Of a DNA stretch of 64,000 nt, positions 62,587 through 64,000 are shown in pieces. The stretch lies in contig CAZEEP010000001.1 of the NCBI GenBank assembly GCA_964511295.1, positions 71,022 through 135,021 of the forward strand, given 5' to 3'. The notes beneath the pieces were generated by a model. The model was given only the letters and a program-made list of their open reading frames with translations. It ran no database searches and was not told the origin of the DNA. Source of the DNA: an uncultured Prevotella sp. (GTDB taxonomy: Bacteria; Bacteroidota; Bacteroidia; Bacteroidales; Bacteroidaceae). How positions within the stretch are numbered: position 1 is the stretch's first letter; each line of letters begins with the position of its first letter. Made by a program: the position numbers and the translations under genes.

Positions 62587-63633
62587 ATGCCCCCAACACC
62601 ACCAAGACAAAAGGACAGCCGCACGAGCATAGCCTTGAAGCTCGTCTTCCTCGCCATGCTCATCGTCGGCACGGTGGCAATCATAGCCCGACAACACTCC
62701 ACCCCCTATCAGCACGACACCGGCTTCATCTTCGGCACCATCTACAACATAACGTACCAAAGCAGCCGCAACCTGCAAAACGAGATAGAGGCGGAGCTGA
62801 AAGAAGTGGACGCTTCGCTATCGCCATTCAACAAGCAAAGCATCATCACGCAAGTGAACAACAACAGGCAGGTCAAGCTGAACCGCAAGTTCACCGAAGT
62901 GTTCAGCCTTGCCGAGAAAATATCAAAGGAGACAGACGGAGCTTTCGACATAACCGTAGCCCCCCTTGTGAACGAATGGGGGTTCGGCTTCAAGAAAGGA
63001 GTTGACCCTACACGCCATGTCGTCGACTCGCTGCGCGCCATCATAGGCTACACTAAGGTAAGCTTGAAAGACGGGCGCGTAGTGAAGCAAGACCCGCGCA
63101 TCATGCTCGACTGCTCAGGCATAGCCAAAGGCTACGGCTCCGACTGCGTGGCACGCCTGCTGCGCAAGAAAGGCATCGACAACTTCATGGTTGAGATCGG
63201 CGGCGAGGTCGTCACAAGCGGTATCAATGAGAAGCGCGTGCCCTGGCGCATCGGCGTGACAAAGCCCATCGACGACCCTACACAGGAAAACCAAGAGCTG
63301 CAAACGGTGCTCAATGTAACCGACAAGGCTATGGCTACAAGCGGCAACTACCGCAACTTCTACTATAAAGGAGGACGGAAATACGCCCACACCATCGACC
63401 CGAAGACAGGCTACCCCGTACAGCACAATATTCTTTCAGCCACAGTACTTGCCAACGACTGCGCCACCGCCGACGCTTACGCCACCTCATTCATGGTGCT
63501 CGGCTTGGACGGTGCAAAGAAGATATTGGAGAAACACCCACAACTGATGGCATACCTCATATACTCAGACGCCAAAGGCCGCAACAAAGTGTGGTTCTCG
63601 CCGTCAATGAAAGGCAAAATACTGGAAAACTGA
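62587..63633 (+). CDS. apbE: FAD:protein FMN transferase (ApbE family)
   Basis: FGTIYNITYQS, DGAFDITVAPLVNEWGFG, LDCSGIAKGYGSD, VEIGGEV, ATSGNYRNFY..YAHTIDPKTGYP and ATADAYATSFMVLG. Confidence 0.88.
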   Translation: MPPTPPRQKDSRTSIALKLVFLAMLIVGTVAIIARQHSTPYQHDTGFIFGTIYNITYQSSRNLQNEIEAELKEVDASLSPFNKQSIITQVNNNRQVKLNRKFTEVFSLAEKISKETDGAFDITVAPLVNEWGFGFKKGVDPTRHVVDSLRAIIGYTKVSLKDGRVVKQDPRIMLDCSGIAKGYGSDCVARLLRKKGIDNFMVEIGGEVVTSGINEKRVPWRIGVTKPIDDPTQENQELQTVLNVTDKAMATSGNYRNFYYKGGRKYAHTIDPKTGYPVQHNILSATVLANDCATADAYATSFMVLGLDGAKKILEKHPQLMAYLIYSDAKGRNKVWFSPSMKGKILEN

Positions 63634-63658
63634 TTGCCTAACAATACAAACAGAATTA

Positions 63659-64000
63659 GTGGAAACATCCGCATTATATGACAGTCTCATCCGCATGCCC
63701 CTGTTCACTGGCATGAGCTTGGATGAACTGCAGCGCATCGTGAGCAAGACAAAGATAGATTTCATTAAAGCCGCCCCAAAGGAAACGATAGCACGGCAAG
63801 GTGAGAAATGCGGCCAACTGCTAATGCTCATAAAGGGGCAAACCGCCTGTCACACATGTACCGACGACGGTCGCTATGCAGTATCCGAAAGCCTGTCAGG
63901 GCCAACAATATTGCAACTTGGCAGCATGTTCGGGCTTTTCCAGCAATTCACCCACACCTTCACCGCCCAAACGACATCCTGCCTCATAAGCATCGACAAA
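63659..64000 (+). CDS. Crp/Fnr-family transcriptional regulator, N-terminal cNMP-binding domain; the 3' end runs off the window
   Basis: My translation is ..YDSLIRMPLFTGMSLDELQRIVSKTKIDFIKAAPKETIARQGEKCGQLLMLIKGQTA.., a typical Crp-family beta-roll N-terminus. The frame is open to the window end. The start is uncertain (GTG at 63659 or ATG at 63695). Confidence 0.6.
   Translation, partial: METSALYDSLIRMPLFTGMSLDELQRIVSKTKIDFIKAAPKETIARQGEKCGQLLMLIKGQTACHTCTDDGRYAVSESLSGPTILQLGSMFGLFQQFTHTFTAQTTSCLISIDK

Overview
This is a Bacteroidales-type chromosomal segment. The evidence is SusC/SusD pairs, a hybrid two-component regulator, T9SS C-terminal sorting domains and TAnnTTTG -7 promoter boxes. 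All calls are motif-level readings of the translations; no database search was run.

**Positions 1-35.5 kb (polysaccharide-utilisation region):**
- A minus-strand operon carries three multi-FAS1 (fasciclin) lipoproteins around a SusC/SusD pair, followed by a second SusC that runs off the window.
- A plus-strand set follows: a T9SS-secreted protein of unknown function, a GH28, an (alpha/alpha)6-like enzyme with CBM6/35 and a T9SS CTD, and a second beta-helix enzyme.
- The adjacent hybrid two-component regulator has substitutions at all of its phosphorelay residues.
- The remaining genes are a DUF362-like protein, CE15, GH3 with PA14, and GH51.

**Positions 35.5-64 kb (mostly housekeeping and envelope genes):**
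- GNAT-Tag fusion, YitT, porin, lpxA paralogue, RND efflux operon.
- luxS / hydrolase / mtnN, YfhO, TrmH, GSCFA, greA, rluA-like, fabG.
- ffs plus tRNA-Thr, a GT2 envelope cluster, apbE and a Crp-like regulator.

**Most notable unexplained signals:**
- Intergenic arrays with an exact 22-bp phase: a CGGCG/CGCCG family at four loci, and a separate operator-like array in the PUL divergent promoter.
- A (CATAATK)x10 heptamer array abutting the lpxA start codon.
- The phosphorelay-dead HTCS.
- A MITE-like element.
- A small promoter-to-terminator unit encoding a 43-aa peptide.

No integrase, transposase, CRISPR or recognisable defence genes were seen.
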